Below are positions 33,869-44,149 of a stretch of 64,000 bases of DNA, in pieces. The notes under the pieces are model-generated. The model did not search any database. It saw nothing but the letters and a program-made list of their open reading frames with translations, and had not been told where the DNA came from. Each line of letters opens with the position of its first letter. Positions within the stretch are counted from its first letter, which is position 1. Position numbers and translations under genes: made by a program. This DNA comes from a bacterium (GTDB lineage: Bacteria; Patescibacteriota; Microgenomatia; Levybacterales; UBA12049). The stretch spans positions 15,775 to 79,774 of the forward strand of contig JAKALN010000002.1 of NCBI GenBank assembly GCA_021824155.1, given 5' to 3'.

Positions 33869-34495
33869 TTATTTCCTTTTGAATCTAATAATCTTAAGCT
33901 TATAATTTATATAAAAGAGAAGTCCTAGAATCAATAAAACCGCTATTACAACTTCAAACTTCCTAAAGTATCCTCCCAAAACATCCCATCTGCTGCCAAG
34001 ATAAAACCCGATTGAAGAAACTACAGTTACGTAAACCAGTGCTCCCAAGAGGTTTGCCATTAAGAATTTAATGAATTTGATTTGGGTTATTCCTGCCGCT
34101 ACGGAAACAAATGATTTAACTCCGGGAGTCATTTTTCCAACAAAAACAAACGGCGCACCGTATTTTTTAACCCATCCGGTAGCTTTTGTATAATCATGCT
34201 CCGTAAGAAGAATAAGCTTCCCGTATTTTTTTATAAGGTTTAAAAGAAGCGTCTCTTCAAGAAAGTAACCGACAGAATATCCGATTATTGAACCAACCGA
34301 ATCGCCTAATATGCCTATAATTATTACAAGGGTTAATGACAGAAACCCCTGGCTTGATAAAAAGCCCGCAAAAGGAAGTGTAACTTCGGAGGGAAACGGT
34401 ATAGCAGCGGCGTTTAAAACCATAAGGAAGAAAACACCGAAATAGCCTGAAGATTGGATTAGATGTATAATAAGACCGGTTAATTGTCCTAACAT
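33869..34495 (-). CDS. DedA family membrane protein
   Basis: IPFPSEVTLPFAGF, SVAAG motifs. Confidence 0.9.
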   Translation of the reverse strand: MLGQLTGLIIHLIQSSGYFGVFFLMVLNAAAIPFPSEVTLPFAGFLSSQGFLSLTLVIIIGILGDSVGSIIGYSVGYFLEETLLLNLIKKYGKLILLTEHDYTKATGWVKKYGAPFVFVGKMTPGVKSFVSVAAGITQIKFIKFLMANLLGALVYVTVVSSIGFYLGSRWDVLGGYFRKFEVVIAVLLILGLLFYINYKLKIIRFKRK

Positions 34496-34504
34496 AATAA
34501 GCTT

Positions 34505-35209
34505 ATGGGCACTTTGTATATTGTAGCAACACCAATCGGAAATTTACAAGATATATCTTTACGGGCAATAGACACGCTTTGCTTAGTTGATTTTATTCTA
34601 TGTGAGGATACAAGAAAAACATCTGTTCTTATTAAACATATTCAAAAGCAATTTCCAAATGTAAAAATAAAAGCAAGGCTAATATCTTTTTACGAAGAAA
34701 ATGAAATGCAGAGACTTCCGGAAATATTACAGATGTTAAATAAAGATTTTAATTTTGCTTTAGTATCGGATGCCGGTACTCCTACAATTTCCGATCCGGG
34801 GTTCAAGCTGGTGAGGGACAGTATGCTTCTGGGAATAAAAATAGTTTCAATTCCGGGAGCATCTTCAGTTATATCTGCCCTTGTGAGTTCCGGGTTGCCT
34901 ACCGATAAGTTTATGTTTCTTGGATTTCTACCAAAAAAATCCGGACACAGAAAGGATTTATTGGAAAATGTTAAAAAGACCTTGCAAATTGTTAAACAAA
35001 CAGTAATTTTTTTTGAGTCTCCGTTTAGGCTTGTTGAAACCTTGAAAGAATTAACTGATATTTTCGGAGACATTGATGTTGTTACCGCCAGAGAGTTAAC
35101 CAAGCTTTATGAGGAAGTAAGAAAAGAAAAGTTGTCGGAAAGTATAAAACATTACGAAAAAACAAATCCAAAAGGAGAGTTTGTTGTTCTTTTTAACCCA
35201 GAGATTTGA
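34505..35209 (+). CDS. rsmI: 16S rRNA C1402 2'-O-methyltransferase
   Basis: LYIVATPIGNL.DIS.RA, CEDTR, SDAGTP.ISDPG, RELTK. Confidence 0.95.
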   Translation: MGTLYIVATPIGNLQDISLRAIDTLCLVDFILCEDTRKTSVLIKHIQKQFPNVKIKARLISFYEENEMQRLPEILQMLNKDFNFALVSDAGTPTISDPGFKLVRDSMLLGIKIVSIPGASSVISALVSSGLPTDKFMFLGFLPKKSGHRKDLLENVKKTLQIVKQTVIFFESPFRLVETLKELTDIFGDIDVVTARELTKLYEEVRKEKLSESIKHYEKTNPKGEFVVLFNPEI

Positions 35210-36455
35210 TTTCTCTTTCTATTTCCAGAAGCCTGTTATATTTTGCAACTCTTTCCCCTCTAACAGGCGAACCGAATTTTATGTAATCGGCAGATACCGC
35301 TACGGCAAAATCCGCAATAAAATCATCATTGGTTTCTCCGCTCCTATGGGAAACTATAATTTTAAGCCCGGATTGTCTGGCTATTTCTACAACAGCCAAT
35401 GATTCTATAACGGTTCCAATTTGGTTAGGCTTAATTATTATTCCGGTAATTGCTTTTTTATCCAAAGCCATTTGGAGCCTGTAGGGATTTGTTGCGGTTA
35501 AATCATCTCCGACAACCAAAGTTTGCTGGGAAAGGGCAGTATAAATATTTGACCAGCCGTTCCAATCGTCTTCTGCAAGAGGATCTTCCAGGTAAAGAAG
35601 ATGGAATTCCTTATTAATCTCCTCATAAAAAGATATCATGTCACTGCTTGAAAGGGGCATTGTCCTGTCTTTTATACGGTATCTGCCGTCGTTGAAAAAA
35701 CCTGTTGCTGCGGCATCAAGGCCTAAGAAAACATCAAAACCGAATCGGAAAGATGTTGTTTCGATAGACTGTTTTAAAAGATTTAAACCGTCTTTGTTAT
35801 TTGCAAGTTTTGGGGCAAATCCGCCCTCGTCTCCTATTAAAGTAGTAAAGTTATTTTGTTCCAGCGTTTTTTTTAAAGACCCGTATAATACTAAAGCCAT
35901 ATTTAAAGATTCGCTGTATGTTTTGGAAGAGGCGGGAATTATCATAAACTCCTGAAAATTTACATTTTCCCCGGCGTGTTTTCCGCCGTTTAATATATTA
36001 AAAGCAGGAGTGGGAATCTTCATGGGAACGTTCTCTTTCTTTATGAATTCCCTAAGATACAGAAATGTGGGAAGAAGAGAGCTTTTCGCGGCTGCTTTTG
36101 CCGTTGCCATGGAAACTGCCAGTATTGCGTTTGCACCCAGCCTTCCTTTATTTTGGGTGCCGTCCATCTCAATCATTTTTTTATCTATTTCCGGCTGTTT
36201 TGTTGCTTCCATTCCCAAAAGCGCGGGAGCGATAGTATCCTGAATGTTGGATACAGCCTTTAAGACTCCATATCCCTGAAAGTGCTTTTCGTCGTGGTCT
36301 CTTATTTCACTTGCTTCATAATTTCCGATAGAAGTTCCGCTGGGAGTTGAGGCTGTTCCGGATTTTCCGTCGCTTAGAGTAACTGTTGCCTCTACTGCCG
36401 GCATTCCTTTTGCATTAAGTATTTCTCTTGCAGTTATTTGCTTTATCTTAGCCAT
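35193..36455 (-). CDS. eno: Enolase
   Basis: LGANAIL, GDEGGFAP, VGDDL, SHRSGET, ERVAKYNRLL. Confidence 0.96.
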   Translation of the reverse strand: MAKIKQITAREILNAKGMPAVEATVTLSDGKSGTASTPSGTSIGNYEASEIRDHDEKHFQGYGVLKAVSNIQDTIAPALLGMEATKQPEIDKKMIEMDGTQNKGRLGANAILAVSMATAKAAAKSSLLPTFLYLREFIKKENVPMKIPTPAFNILNGGKHAGENVNFQEFMIIPASSKTYSESLNMALVLYGSLKKTLEQNNFTTLIGDEGGFAPKLANNKDGLNLLKQSIETTSFRFGFDVFLGLDAAATGFFNDGRYRIKDRTMPLSSSDMISFYEEINKEFHLLYLEDPLAEDDWNGWSNIYTALSQQTLVVGDDLTATNPYRLQMALDKKAITGIIIKPNQIGTVIESLAVVEIARQSGLKIIVSHRSGETNDDFIADFAVAVSADYIKFGSPVRGERVAKYNRLLEIEREIKSLG

Positions 36456-36456
36456 A

Positions 36457-38730
36457 TTAACTTAGTATTTTTTTCTCTGCAGCGGCAATAATTTTTCTGG
36501 TATTATCAACGGCATCCGGAGAAATGGAAACACTCGTTGCACCCCATTTGACCAAATTTTCAATTAGGGAGGGATAGGTTGAAGCAGCCTGTCCGCAAAT
36601 GGATGCTGTTATTCCATGTTTGTGGGCAGTTTTTATAACATGTTCAAATGCCCACATTACGGAAGGATTGAGTTCGTTAAATTCCGGAGCGACTTCGTCG
36701 TTATCCCTGTCGGTCCCAAGAAGAAGCATTGTTAAATCATTTGAGCCTATGGAAATTCCGTCGATACCCACATTTATAAAATCGTCCAATAGAATAACGT
36801 TAGAAGGAATTTCCACCATCATCCATACTTTAAAAGTAGGGGAGCGCACAAGTCCTGAAATATTTATTATTTTTTTTACCTCTTCGAGTTCTTTTACGGT
36901 GCGGACAAAAGGAAGCATTACCCATAAGTTTTTAAACCCTTTTTTGTTTCTTACTAATTTAATAGCTTCAAGTTCGAGCTCAAAAACTTCAGAGTCGTGG
37001 ATATAGCGGTAAACACCTCTATAGCCAAGCATAGGATTTGGTTCTTCCGGCTCAAACGCACTGCCTCCTATAAGGGCCCTGTATTCGTTTGTTTTAAAAT
37101 CGGAGGTTCTGTAAACCACAGGTCTCGGACTGAACGGTTTGCAAAACATTTCAATATCGTTTGCAAGTTTTTCTATAAAGACATGCTTTTTGCCTTCCCT
37201 TATAAGTTTTTTGGGGTGGACTCCAATTCCCGCCATCATAAATTCCGCCCTTAGAAGGCCTACTCCGTCCACGTTTTCTTTTGAGATTTTTTCCGCTAAT
37301 TCGGGTTCCGCCAGGTTAACATAGACTTTTGTAGCTGTTTTTATAAAATCTTCCGGATTAATAACGTTGGTATTTATATTTGAAGTTAAATGGCCCCCCT
37401 TATATATTTCTCCCTTAGTTCCGTTTACGGTAACAACTTCACCTGTTTTTAGCACTTTTGTAGCCCTTTCCGTTCCGACTACGGCAGGAATTCCGAGTTC
37501 CCTGGAAACTATAGCTGCATGGGATGTTCTTCCGCCGCTGTTTGTTACTATTGCAACCGCTTTTTTCATAGCCGGAACATAATCCGGATTAGTTTGGGGT
37601 GCGACAAGGACTTCTCCGGGTAGTACTTTTCCTATTTCTTTTGCGCTTTCTATTACTCTAACAGGACCGGCTGCTATTCCGGGACTTGCGGGGTCGCCTT
37701 TTAATATAGGGGTTCTTAATGTGTTTTCAATTTCAAGAGTATCCTTTTTTGACTGTTTTTTCTCGTTAGTAGTGGTAACGGCTCTGGTCTGGACAAGATA
37801 TACCTTGTCTTTCTCTATTGCCCATTCACTGTCTTGGGGAAAATAATAATGTTTTTCCAGCTTTAACCCTAGGCGTGCCAAAGCAACAATTTCTTTGTCG
37901 GAAATTTTCTGTTTTTTACCCTGAGACTGCGACAATTTAACTTCTTTATTTTTTGCTCCGACCTTTTTAAGCATCTTTTTCTGCAAAGCGGTGCTTTTTA
38001 CCGTAATCGATAGATCATTTTTTAATACTTCATAATGGTCCGGGTTTTCAATTCCTCCGACAATAAGCTCCCCCAGGCCGAAAATTGCTTCTATTATAAT
38101 TTTAGATTTGTCATTTGTTACCGGGTCTATCGTAAACATTATTCCCGATTTTTCCGATTCGACCATTTTTTGCACAACCAATGCTATGCCTACCCTTAAA
38201 TGGTCGTAATGCTGCTGGTGTCTGTAGAAAAGCGCTCTCGCATCAAAAAGAGAAGCATATCCTTCTTTTATTTTTTCCAAAAGTACCGCTTCCCCTTTTA
38301 CGTTAAGGTATGTTTCCTGCTGTCCGGCAAAAGAGGCGTTAGCCAAATCTTCTGCTGTTGCCGAAGACCTTACCGCTACCAAGGCATCCTCAAAAGCATT
38401 ACCTAGCTTACTGTAGGCCCCGAAGACTTCGCTTACTATTTCATCTGATAATTTACCCTCCAATATAGTTTTTTTTATGTGCTGCGAAACCTGCGTAAGC
38501 GAATCAGGCCTTTCAAAGTTGGCAGTTTCAAGAAGGTGTTTAATCTTAACGGCTAAGTTATTATCTTTTATAAATTTGTAGTAAGCATTCGAAGTTACTA
38601 TGAAACCGTTGGGGACAGGGAAACCGGCTTGGGTAATTTCACCTAAATTTGCGCCTTTTCCGCCTACCAGTGCAACGTCTTCTTTATCAACCTCGTTAAA
38701 CCACGCTACAAACTTAGATTTGGCAGTCAT
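36457..38730 (-). CDS. ppsA: Phosphoenolpyruvate synthase
   Basis: VGGKGANLGE, AVRSSATAED, GGRTSHAAIVSRE, EPNPMLGYRG. Confidence 0.96.
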   Translation of the reverse strand: MTAKSKFVAWFNEVDKEDVALVGGKGANLGEITQAGFPVPNGFIVTSNAYYKFIKDNNLAVKIKHLLETANFERPDSLTQVSQHIKKTILEGKLSDEIVSEVFGAYSKLGNAFEDALVAVRSSATAEDLANASFAGQQETYLNVKGEAVLLEKIKEGYASLFDARALFYRHQQHYDHLRVGIALVVQKMVESEKSGIMFTIDPVTNDKSKIIIEAIFGLGELIVGGIENPDHYEVLKNDLSITVKSTALQKKMLKKVGAKNKEVKLSQSQGKKQKISDKEIVALARLGLKLEKHYYFPQDSEWAIEKDKVYLVQTRAVTTTNEKKQSKKDTLEIENTLRTPILKGDPASPGIAAGPVRVIESAKEIGKVLPGEVLVAPQTNPDYVPAMKKAVAIVTNSGGRTSHAAIVSRELGIPAVVGTERATKVLKTGEVVTVNGTKGEIYKGGHLTSNINTNVINPEDFIKTATKVYVNLAEPELAEKISKENVDGVGLLRAEFMMAGIGVHPKKLIREGKKHVFIEKLANDIEMFCKPFSPRPVVYRTSDFKTNEYRALIGGSAFEPEEPNPMLGYRGVYRYIHDSEVFELELEAIKLVRNKKGFKNLWVMLPFVRTVKELEEVKKIINISGLVRSPTFKVWMMVEIPSNVILLDDFINVGIDGISIGSNDLTMLLLGTDRDNDEVAPEFNELNPSVMWAFEHVIKTAHKHGITASICGQAASTYPSLIENLVKWGATSVSISPDAVDNTRKIIAAAEKKILS

Positions 38731-38774
38731 AATATTATTATTGAGATATTTCAGCCTTTTTGCAAGGGGACCGC

Positions 38775-39809
38775 TTATTTTTTAAGCTGTTCTTTAAAAT
38801 AATCTACCCATGGAATAAGGCTGGGGTTTTCTTCATAGAGCAATGAAAGATATAAAGATAAAAATGCTCCGAAAGATAACACATTAAGTACCTGGCCGAT
38901 TTTTGAATCTCCTTTTGCATTAAACTCAAGGATATTTAATCCGTTTTTTTGAATTACGTCTTTTGTAAGAATAGCTCGCTTTTTAATTTTGTCGGAATAC
39001 AGGCCGGAATTTAAAAATAAAGCTACAATGTCTTTAGTCGGATACTTAAGGCCTTCCATTAAATGATGGTTTAATTCGGGTAAAACCGCAAAATCAGAGA
39101 AACTTTTTGCAGTTTCATTTAATTGGTTTCTTGCAATATGAGCATTTCCTTCCAAAAACTCCGCGGCTATAAGAAGCGGAATTTTGTTTTGGAGTAAAGG
39201 GGCAAGTTTTTTTGCTTCATCTTTTACGTTTTCGATGCCCGTTTTTAAAAGATTTATTGCATCCAAAACTTCAGTTTCTTCCAACTTTATAAGTCCCATT
39301 TCGTTAAATACCGCAAGGGTTCCGAAAACAATATAACCGGTTCCAAGCCTCGGTTGCCCGGAAGGATTAAATTTTGCAAGGAATGTATAGTTCGGATAAT
39401 TGCCGTTTCTTAAAAATTCTCCCAGGTTTCCTCCGCTTGTCAGCCCCGCAATAGCGCAGTTTTTCTGGATAGCTTCTCTTGAGCAGGAAAGTGTTTCTTC
39501 GGTTGTCCCCGAATAGCTCGTTAAAAATACCAGGGTAGAAGAATCCGCAAATGCCGGTAAATGATAATCGTTTACAACAAAAACGGGTGCTTTTAATGAA
39601 TCCTGGAAAAGGGATTTTAATACATGCCCTCCGTAAGAAGAACCGCCCATTCCGCAAATAACAATATTTTTCGGTTCAACTTTAGGCAGATTGAGTTTTT
39701 TTATATCTTCCCAAACCTGTTCACACTGCTGGGCAAGCATTTCGGTTGAGCCATAAACATTTTTAGGGTCCAGTTTTTTTATTTCATCCAGGTTATTTAA
39801 GTCTGTCAT
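38775..39809 (-). CDS. Bifunctional phosphoglucose/phosphomannose isomerase (SIS type)
   Basis: GMGGS, SYSGTTEET, QPR, NETAK, PELNHH. Confidence 0.9.
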   Translation of the reverse strand: MTDLNNLDEIKKLDPKNVYGSTEMLAQQCEQVWEDIKKLNLPKVEPKNIVICGMGGSSYGGHVLKSLFQDSLKAPVFVVNDYHLPAFADSSTLVFLTSYSGTTEETLSCSREAIQKNCAIAGLTSGGNLGEFLRNGNYPNYTFLAKFNPSGQPRLGTGYIVFGTLAVFNEMGLIKLEETEVLDAINLLKTGIENVKDEAKKLAPLLQNKIPLLIAAEFLEGNAHIARNQLNETAKSFSDFAVLPELNHHLMEGLKYPTKDIVALFLNSGLYSDKIKKRAILTKDVIQKNGLNILEFNAKGDSKIGQVLNVLSFGAFLSLYLSLLYEENPSLIPWVDYFKEQLKK

Positions 39810-41185
39810 TTTTTTAAAGCCTCAATTTTATCTATAAGCTCTTCTTTACGGCCTTCCATTTCTTCTTTATTGTAACCCTCCACGTTTAACCGTAAAAGTG
39901 GTTCTGTATTTGATGTCCTTACGCTGAATCTCCAGGTAGGGTAGGAAATTGCTATGCCGTCTAACTCCGATAATTCCCCGTCTTTATAGTCGTTTTTAAT
40001 AGATTCTATAATTTCCGGCGCGTTTGTTACTTTATAATTAATTTCCCCCGATTCAAAACTTTTTTGAAGCTCTTTTACTATTTCGGAAAAGGCTTTGTTT
40101 TCTTCTGTAAGAACTTTAAGTACGGCTAGTATTATTGCAACCGAGCTTTCGGCATTTCCGGTTGACTGAAGATAATAATGTCCGGATGATTCGCCTGCAA
40201 AAATTCCGCCGGTTTTTTCGAGTTCCTCTGTAATAAAAGCATGCCCCACTTTTGTTATAACCGGTACTCCTCCTAATTCTTCAACAATTTTTTTTGGGGT
40301 CAGAATATACCGAATGTCAAAAAGTATTTTGCTTCCTTTGTATTCTTTTAATAATTCTCTTGCGACAAGGGATGTAATTATGGTGGGAGGAACCACTTGG
40401 CCTTTTTCGTCTATGAAAAATATTCTGTCTCCGTCTCCATCGGGGGCAAGGCCCAAATCGGCTTTTTCCTCAATTACTCTTTTTTGCAAATCAACAAGGT
40501 TTTCTGCTTCCAAGGGATTTGGCGCATGGACAGGAAACGTACCGTCCAGCTCAAAATTCATTCTTATAAGTTCAGCAGGATATTTTTTAAATAAAGCATC
40601 TATAAAAGTTCCTCCCATTGCATTTGCAGGGTCTGCCACTATCTTGAACCTTTTTATATCCGGGCTGCCCAATACTTTTGAGGCGTTTTCCACCTCGTCT
40701 TCCATAATATTGTCTTTTACCGTTATTGTCCCCTTTTTATCAGCGGGAAGATCTATTCCTGAAACCGCATAATTTTTGACGTCTTCCATTCCCGTTGCTT
40801 TGCCTATTTTGATTAAGCCTTTGGGTCCGTATAAAACAAATTTGGCTCCGTTATATTCCTTGGGATTGTGAGATGCGGTTATTTGAATTCCGGCGTCGTA
40901 TTTGTAATTATAAATTGCAAAATAAAAAGTAGGTGTGGAAAGCATTCCCATATCTATTACGTTTGCTCCCAAGGAAACTAGCGTTTCCATGGCTATCTTA
41001 TAAAAGATAGGGGAAGATATTCTCATGTCTCTTGCCAGTCCAACCGTGAACCCCGGTTTCTCAATTTTAGTAGTAAAAAATTTGTAAATGGCTTTGATAA
41101 TTTCTGCTATATTTTCTTCGTTAATTTGTTGGGGATAGATTCCTCTGATATCGTATGATTTGAAAATTGAAGGGTCGATGTTCAT
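39806..41185 (-). CDS. Phosphomannomutase/phosphoglucomutase
   Basis: FKSYDIRG, TASHNP, DGDGDR, GESSGH, R.SNTEP. Confidence 0.95.
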   Translation of the reverse strand: MNIDPSIFKSYDIRGIYPQQINEENIAEIIKAIYKFFTTKIEKPGFTVGLARDMRISSPIFYKIAMETLVSLGANVIDMGMLSTPTFYFAIYNYKYDAGIQITASHNPKEYNGAKFVLYGPKGLIKIGKATGMEDVKNYAVSGIDLPADKKGTITVKDNIMEDEVENASKVLGSPDIKRFKIVADPANAMGGTFIDALFKKYPAELIRMNFELDGTFPVHAPNPLEAENLVDLQKRVIEEKADLGLAPDGDGDRIFFIDEKGQVVPPTIITSLVARELLKEYKGSKILFDIRYILTPKKIVEELGGVPVITKVGHAFITEELEKTGGIFAGESSGHYYLQSTGNAESSVAIILAVLKVLTEENKAFSEIVKELQKSFESGEINYKVTNAPEIIESIKNDYKDGELSELDGIAISYPTWRFSVRTSNTEPLLRLNVEGYNKEEMEGRKEELIDKIEALKK

Positions 41186-41194
41186 TCCTTAATC

Positions 41195-41884
41195 TTATAA
41201 ACCGAGGAGAAAAAAGTCAATGGCCTGGGGAAGCGATAGCGCAAGTTTTCCCGATTTTTGCCCGGAGTCAATCTCATAAAGCTTTTTATAGCTCTCTTTT
41301 AATTTACTATATCCAAAAACAGATGCCTGGCTTTTTAATTTGCCGGTTTGCCATGGAGCCATGCGTTTTACTTCGTCAATGTTTTGAGGTGAATTTAGAT
41401 CGGATATTGCCAGAAGAAGCCTGAATTGTCTTATTATCATATAGAAAATAAGCTCCGCTTCCATTTCATTTAGAAGATTATGGAATAATTTTATTGAGTT
41501 TTGGTTTGAAGGTTTAATACTATCAAGAAATGTAAATAAATTTTGAGGAACTTTGAATAGCTTTAAAACAGGGTTTTTAAAAGTATTTATGTTTGATTTT
41601 GAAACCTCTCCGTTCTCCCAGAAAAATATTTTTGCGTCCTTGCTATTTTCAAGGTATTCAATAATTTTTTTAAAATCCGGGTTTGCCTTTTTGGCAAAAA
41701 ATAAATTTTCAATAAAAATTTCTTTTTCTTCGTTAAATAGAGAACCGCCTTCGAGGCTTTGCATTAAATCGGAAAGGCTAAGTTTGCTTCCTTCAAAGAC
41801 AACAGGGTTTGCGGATTTTTGTCTTTCGTTAAGATAATAATTTCTGGATGCCGTCAAATCGTCTCCATGAATTAGAGTAATCAT
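41195..41884 (-). CDS. holA: DNA polymerase III delta subunit (short HolA-like)
   Basis: ITLIHGDD, GGSLF, IRQFRLL, D...KSG. Confidence 0.75.
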   Translation of the reverse strand: MITLIHGDDLTASRNYYLNERQKSANPVVFEGSKLSLSDLMQSLEGGSLFNEEKEIFIENLFFAKKANPDFKKIIEYLENSKDAKIFFWENGEVSKSNINTFKNPVLKLFKVPQNLFTFLDSIKPSNQNSIKLFHNLLNEMEAELIFYMIIRQFRLLLAISDLNSPQNIDEVKRMAPWQTGKLKSQASVFGYSKLKESYKKLYEIDSGQKSGKLALSLPQAIDFFLLGL

Positions 41885-41886
41885 AG

Positions 41887-42291
41887 CTATTTTTGGGTTA
41901 TATTTTTATATTCCCTAAATAATTTTATCACTTCGTTTTCGAGTTTTCTGTTTCTCCCCCGGTGGGGAAGAAGTGCACCGGAAAAATTCTTGGGTATATG
42001 TAATAGCTCATGTATCAGCACTTGTTTTTTCCTGTCCTCGTCCAAATTATCATAATATTTTGATAGGACTTCAATTACATATGAAGGTTCCAGGTTAAGT
42101 GCCGACTGAAAAATTTTGGGGAACGTCCAAATTCTGGCATAGGAGCGCGATTTAGAACCATAGGTTCTGTAACAAAAAATTCTTTTTGGGTCTATATAAT
42201 CTAACCCTAGGATTTTTATTATTTGTACTATTTCTTTTTTAACTTCCTGAGCTTTTTCCCATTCCAGTTTTTGAGTTTTTGAATTCGCCAT
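41887..42291 (-). CDS. Small zincin metallopeptidase (phage-metallopeptidase-like)
   Basis: YARIW, YVIEV, VLIHELLHIP (HExxH). Confidence 0.75.
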   Translation of the reverse strand: MANSKTQKLEWEKAQEVKKEIVQIIKILGLDYIDPKRIFCYRTYGSKSRSYARIWTFPKIFQSALNLEPSYVIEVLSKYYDNLDEDRKKQVLIHELLHIPKNFSGALLPHRGRNRKLENEVIKLFREYKNITQK

Positions 42292-42339
42292 CTTATTGGT
42301 TGTTTGAAATTTGAAATTTGCAGTATTTGTAGTATTTTA

Positions 42340-42870
42340 TCATGTGTGTTTATCGGCAACGTAAGAAGCCCCGTAGGCATCAGGTTTTGTTTTTGCGACA
42401 AAACCGTTTCCCGTTACCATTCCGACAACTTCTTTTATCATATCTCTGGTATCCCCATGTTCGCCTACGTCTACATGAATTTCCAGGTTATAATTAGGAG
42501 AGTGTCCGTTTAGGCCTTTCCTTAGAAGAGGGACAAAAGATGTTGCAAAGTTAAGCGAAGTTAATGTTTCCGCGTAAATTTTGTCACGTAACGTATGGAT
42601 ATTATCTATGTCCTTTCTTATCCAAAAATATTTGCCTCCAAAACCTTTCCTGTGAATAAGTATTGCTGTTACAACGTTTATTGTTTTTCCGTCGGACTTG
42701 ACCCTCTTTATGCCGTTTTTTTCATGCGAATCGGTGCCTATTACAAGACTGTACTGCGCATTCGGATCTTCTTCCAGAAATTGTTTTATAAGAATAATTA
42801 TTTCTTCAATTTTAAGGGTTCCGTGCGTTATGCTCTGAAAAGATTGCTTATTAAGTTCGATACTTTCCAT
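42340..42870 (-). CDS. RNase H-like YkuK (DUF458) family protein
   Basis: IGTDSH, KIYAE, LEIHVDVG..G.T, KPDAYGASYVADKHT. Confidence 0.85.
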   Translation of the reverse strand: MESIELNKQSFQSITHGTLKIEEIIILIKQFLEEDPNAQYSLVIGTDSHEKNGIKRVKSDGKTINVVTAILIHRKGFGGKYFWIRKDIDNIHTLRDKIYAETLTSLNFATSFVPLLRKGLNGHSPNYNLEIHVDVGEHGDTRDMIKEVVGMVTGNGFVAKTKPDAYGASYVADKHT

Positions 42871-42947
42871 ACATGTTTAAGCCTATACGGTGAAGTCCCA
42901 TGCTTTTTTGCCGGAAAAGGAGACAGGGTGAAATTATACCACAAAAA

Positions 42948-44111
42948 TCAAATATTTAGAAGCCATTTGACAAAAATTACGGTTGCCCGGGAAACAGTAG
43001 CTGTGTAATTTCTTTTGGCATTATTGTCAAAACTTTTTGTAGGCAAAACCGGTTTTATAAAGTCTTGGGCAGAGGCTAAGGGATAATTGTTAATGTCCGG
43101 TTGTCCTTTTGGCTTTGGCAGCTTTTGCAGAGTAAGGTATTTTTGTGATTTATCCGAAGAACCATTAATAAACGAAAATTGCTCAAATGGCCCGGCGCCT
43201 GCGGTTAACAGAAAGGGTGTTACCGCAATAACGTCTTTATCGTTCCATATAGAGTTAAATGATTCTTTATAGTATATGGCCTGTACAGATTCGGGAATTT
43301 GGTTGTCGGTCCATCCGGTCTCTGTAATAAATACCGGGAGATTTTTATTTCCGAGATAAGAAGCAAGGTTTTCTTCATACTTAAAACTTGAAACACCCTC
43401 ATATCCGTAAGACAAAGGCGGTTGGGAAAAGCCGGGATTTGGATATGAATGGCTTGCAATCCCATCTATTTCTCCAAATATTCCGGGGACCGCAGCGTCC
43501 ATTTGTCTCATAAAAGTGTATTCATTTATCGATTGTCCGGAAACATTATCGGATGCATTATCCAATCCTGCAGAAAGAATAAAAAAATCATCACTTCTTT
43601 CTTTAAACGCATGAACTGCGTAATCTAGAATTCCGGCGTATTCAGACGCATTTGGAGCTCCTCCCCATTCATCCCCTCTGTTTGGCTCGTTATAGACGAT
43701 TACATACCTGTTTTTGGTAGGCCAGTTAAGAGAATTAAGAAAATTAGCAAAATCCAAAACGTTATAGTCGTTTGGTTTTTCCCAGGATGACTGGTTAAAA
43801 TAGTCTCCGTTTGTGGCAAGCCTGATGATCGGTATTAAATGAAATTTACGGCAGTCGTCCATAAAACTTTGCCATTTTTGAATGTTTAGATCCGTTGACT
43901 GAATGGGTATGGTGATATAGCCCCAGTCTCCGCCTGATGAGTTTACTAATTTTGCGGCGTCCTGAAGTTCGCTTGGAAACAGTATATGAATTCCGACTAT
44001 GTTATTTGGTTTCGAGCTTGGGTCATAAATAGCCTGTGCTTTAGGGGAAATTAATGAATAAGCTAAGACAGCAAAAAAAAGCATCAGGATAATCTTAATA
44101 AAGGATTTCAT
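42948..44111 (-). CDS. Secreted glycoside hydrolase (clan GH-A, GH5-like)
   Basis: Signal peptide; NEPN acid/base, HSYP, ITETGW nucleophile motif. Confidence 0.7.
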   Translation of the reverse strand: MKSFIKIILMLFFAVLAYSLISPKAQAIYDPSSKPNNIVGIHILFPSELQDAAKLVNSSGGDWGYITIPIQSTDLNIQKWQSFMDDCRKFHLIPIIRLATNGDYFNQSSWEKPNDYNVLDFANFLNSLNWPTKNRYVIVYNEPNRGDEWGGAPNASEYAGILDYAVHAFKERSDDFFILSAGLDNASDNVSGQSINEYTFMRQMDAAVPGIFGEIDGIASHSYPNPGFSQPPLSYGYEGVSSFKYEENLASYLGNKNLPVFITETGWTDNQIPESVQAIYYKESFNSIWNDKDVIAVTPFLLTAGAGPFEQFSFINGSSDKSQKYLTLQKLPKPKGQPDINNYPLASAQDFIKPVLPTKSFDNNAKRNYTATVSRATVIFVKWLLNI

Positions 44112-44149
44112 AAAGAGGACTTAATTGTACATCAACACGAAGCTGATTT

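Noticed and set aside
42871-42935. ~60-nt leader upstream of the YkuK-like gene as a regulatory RNA
   Set aside because: Only weak short pairings; no terminator or recognisable motif
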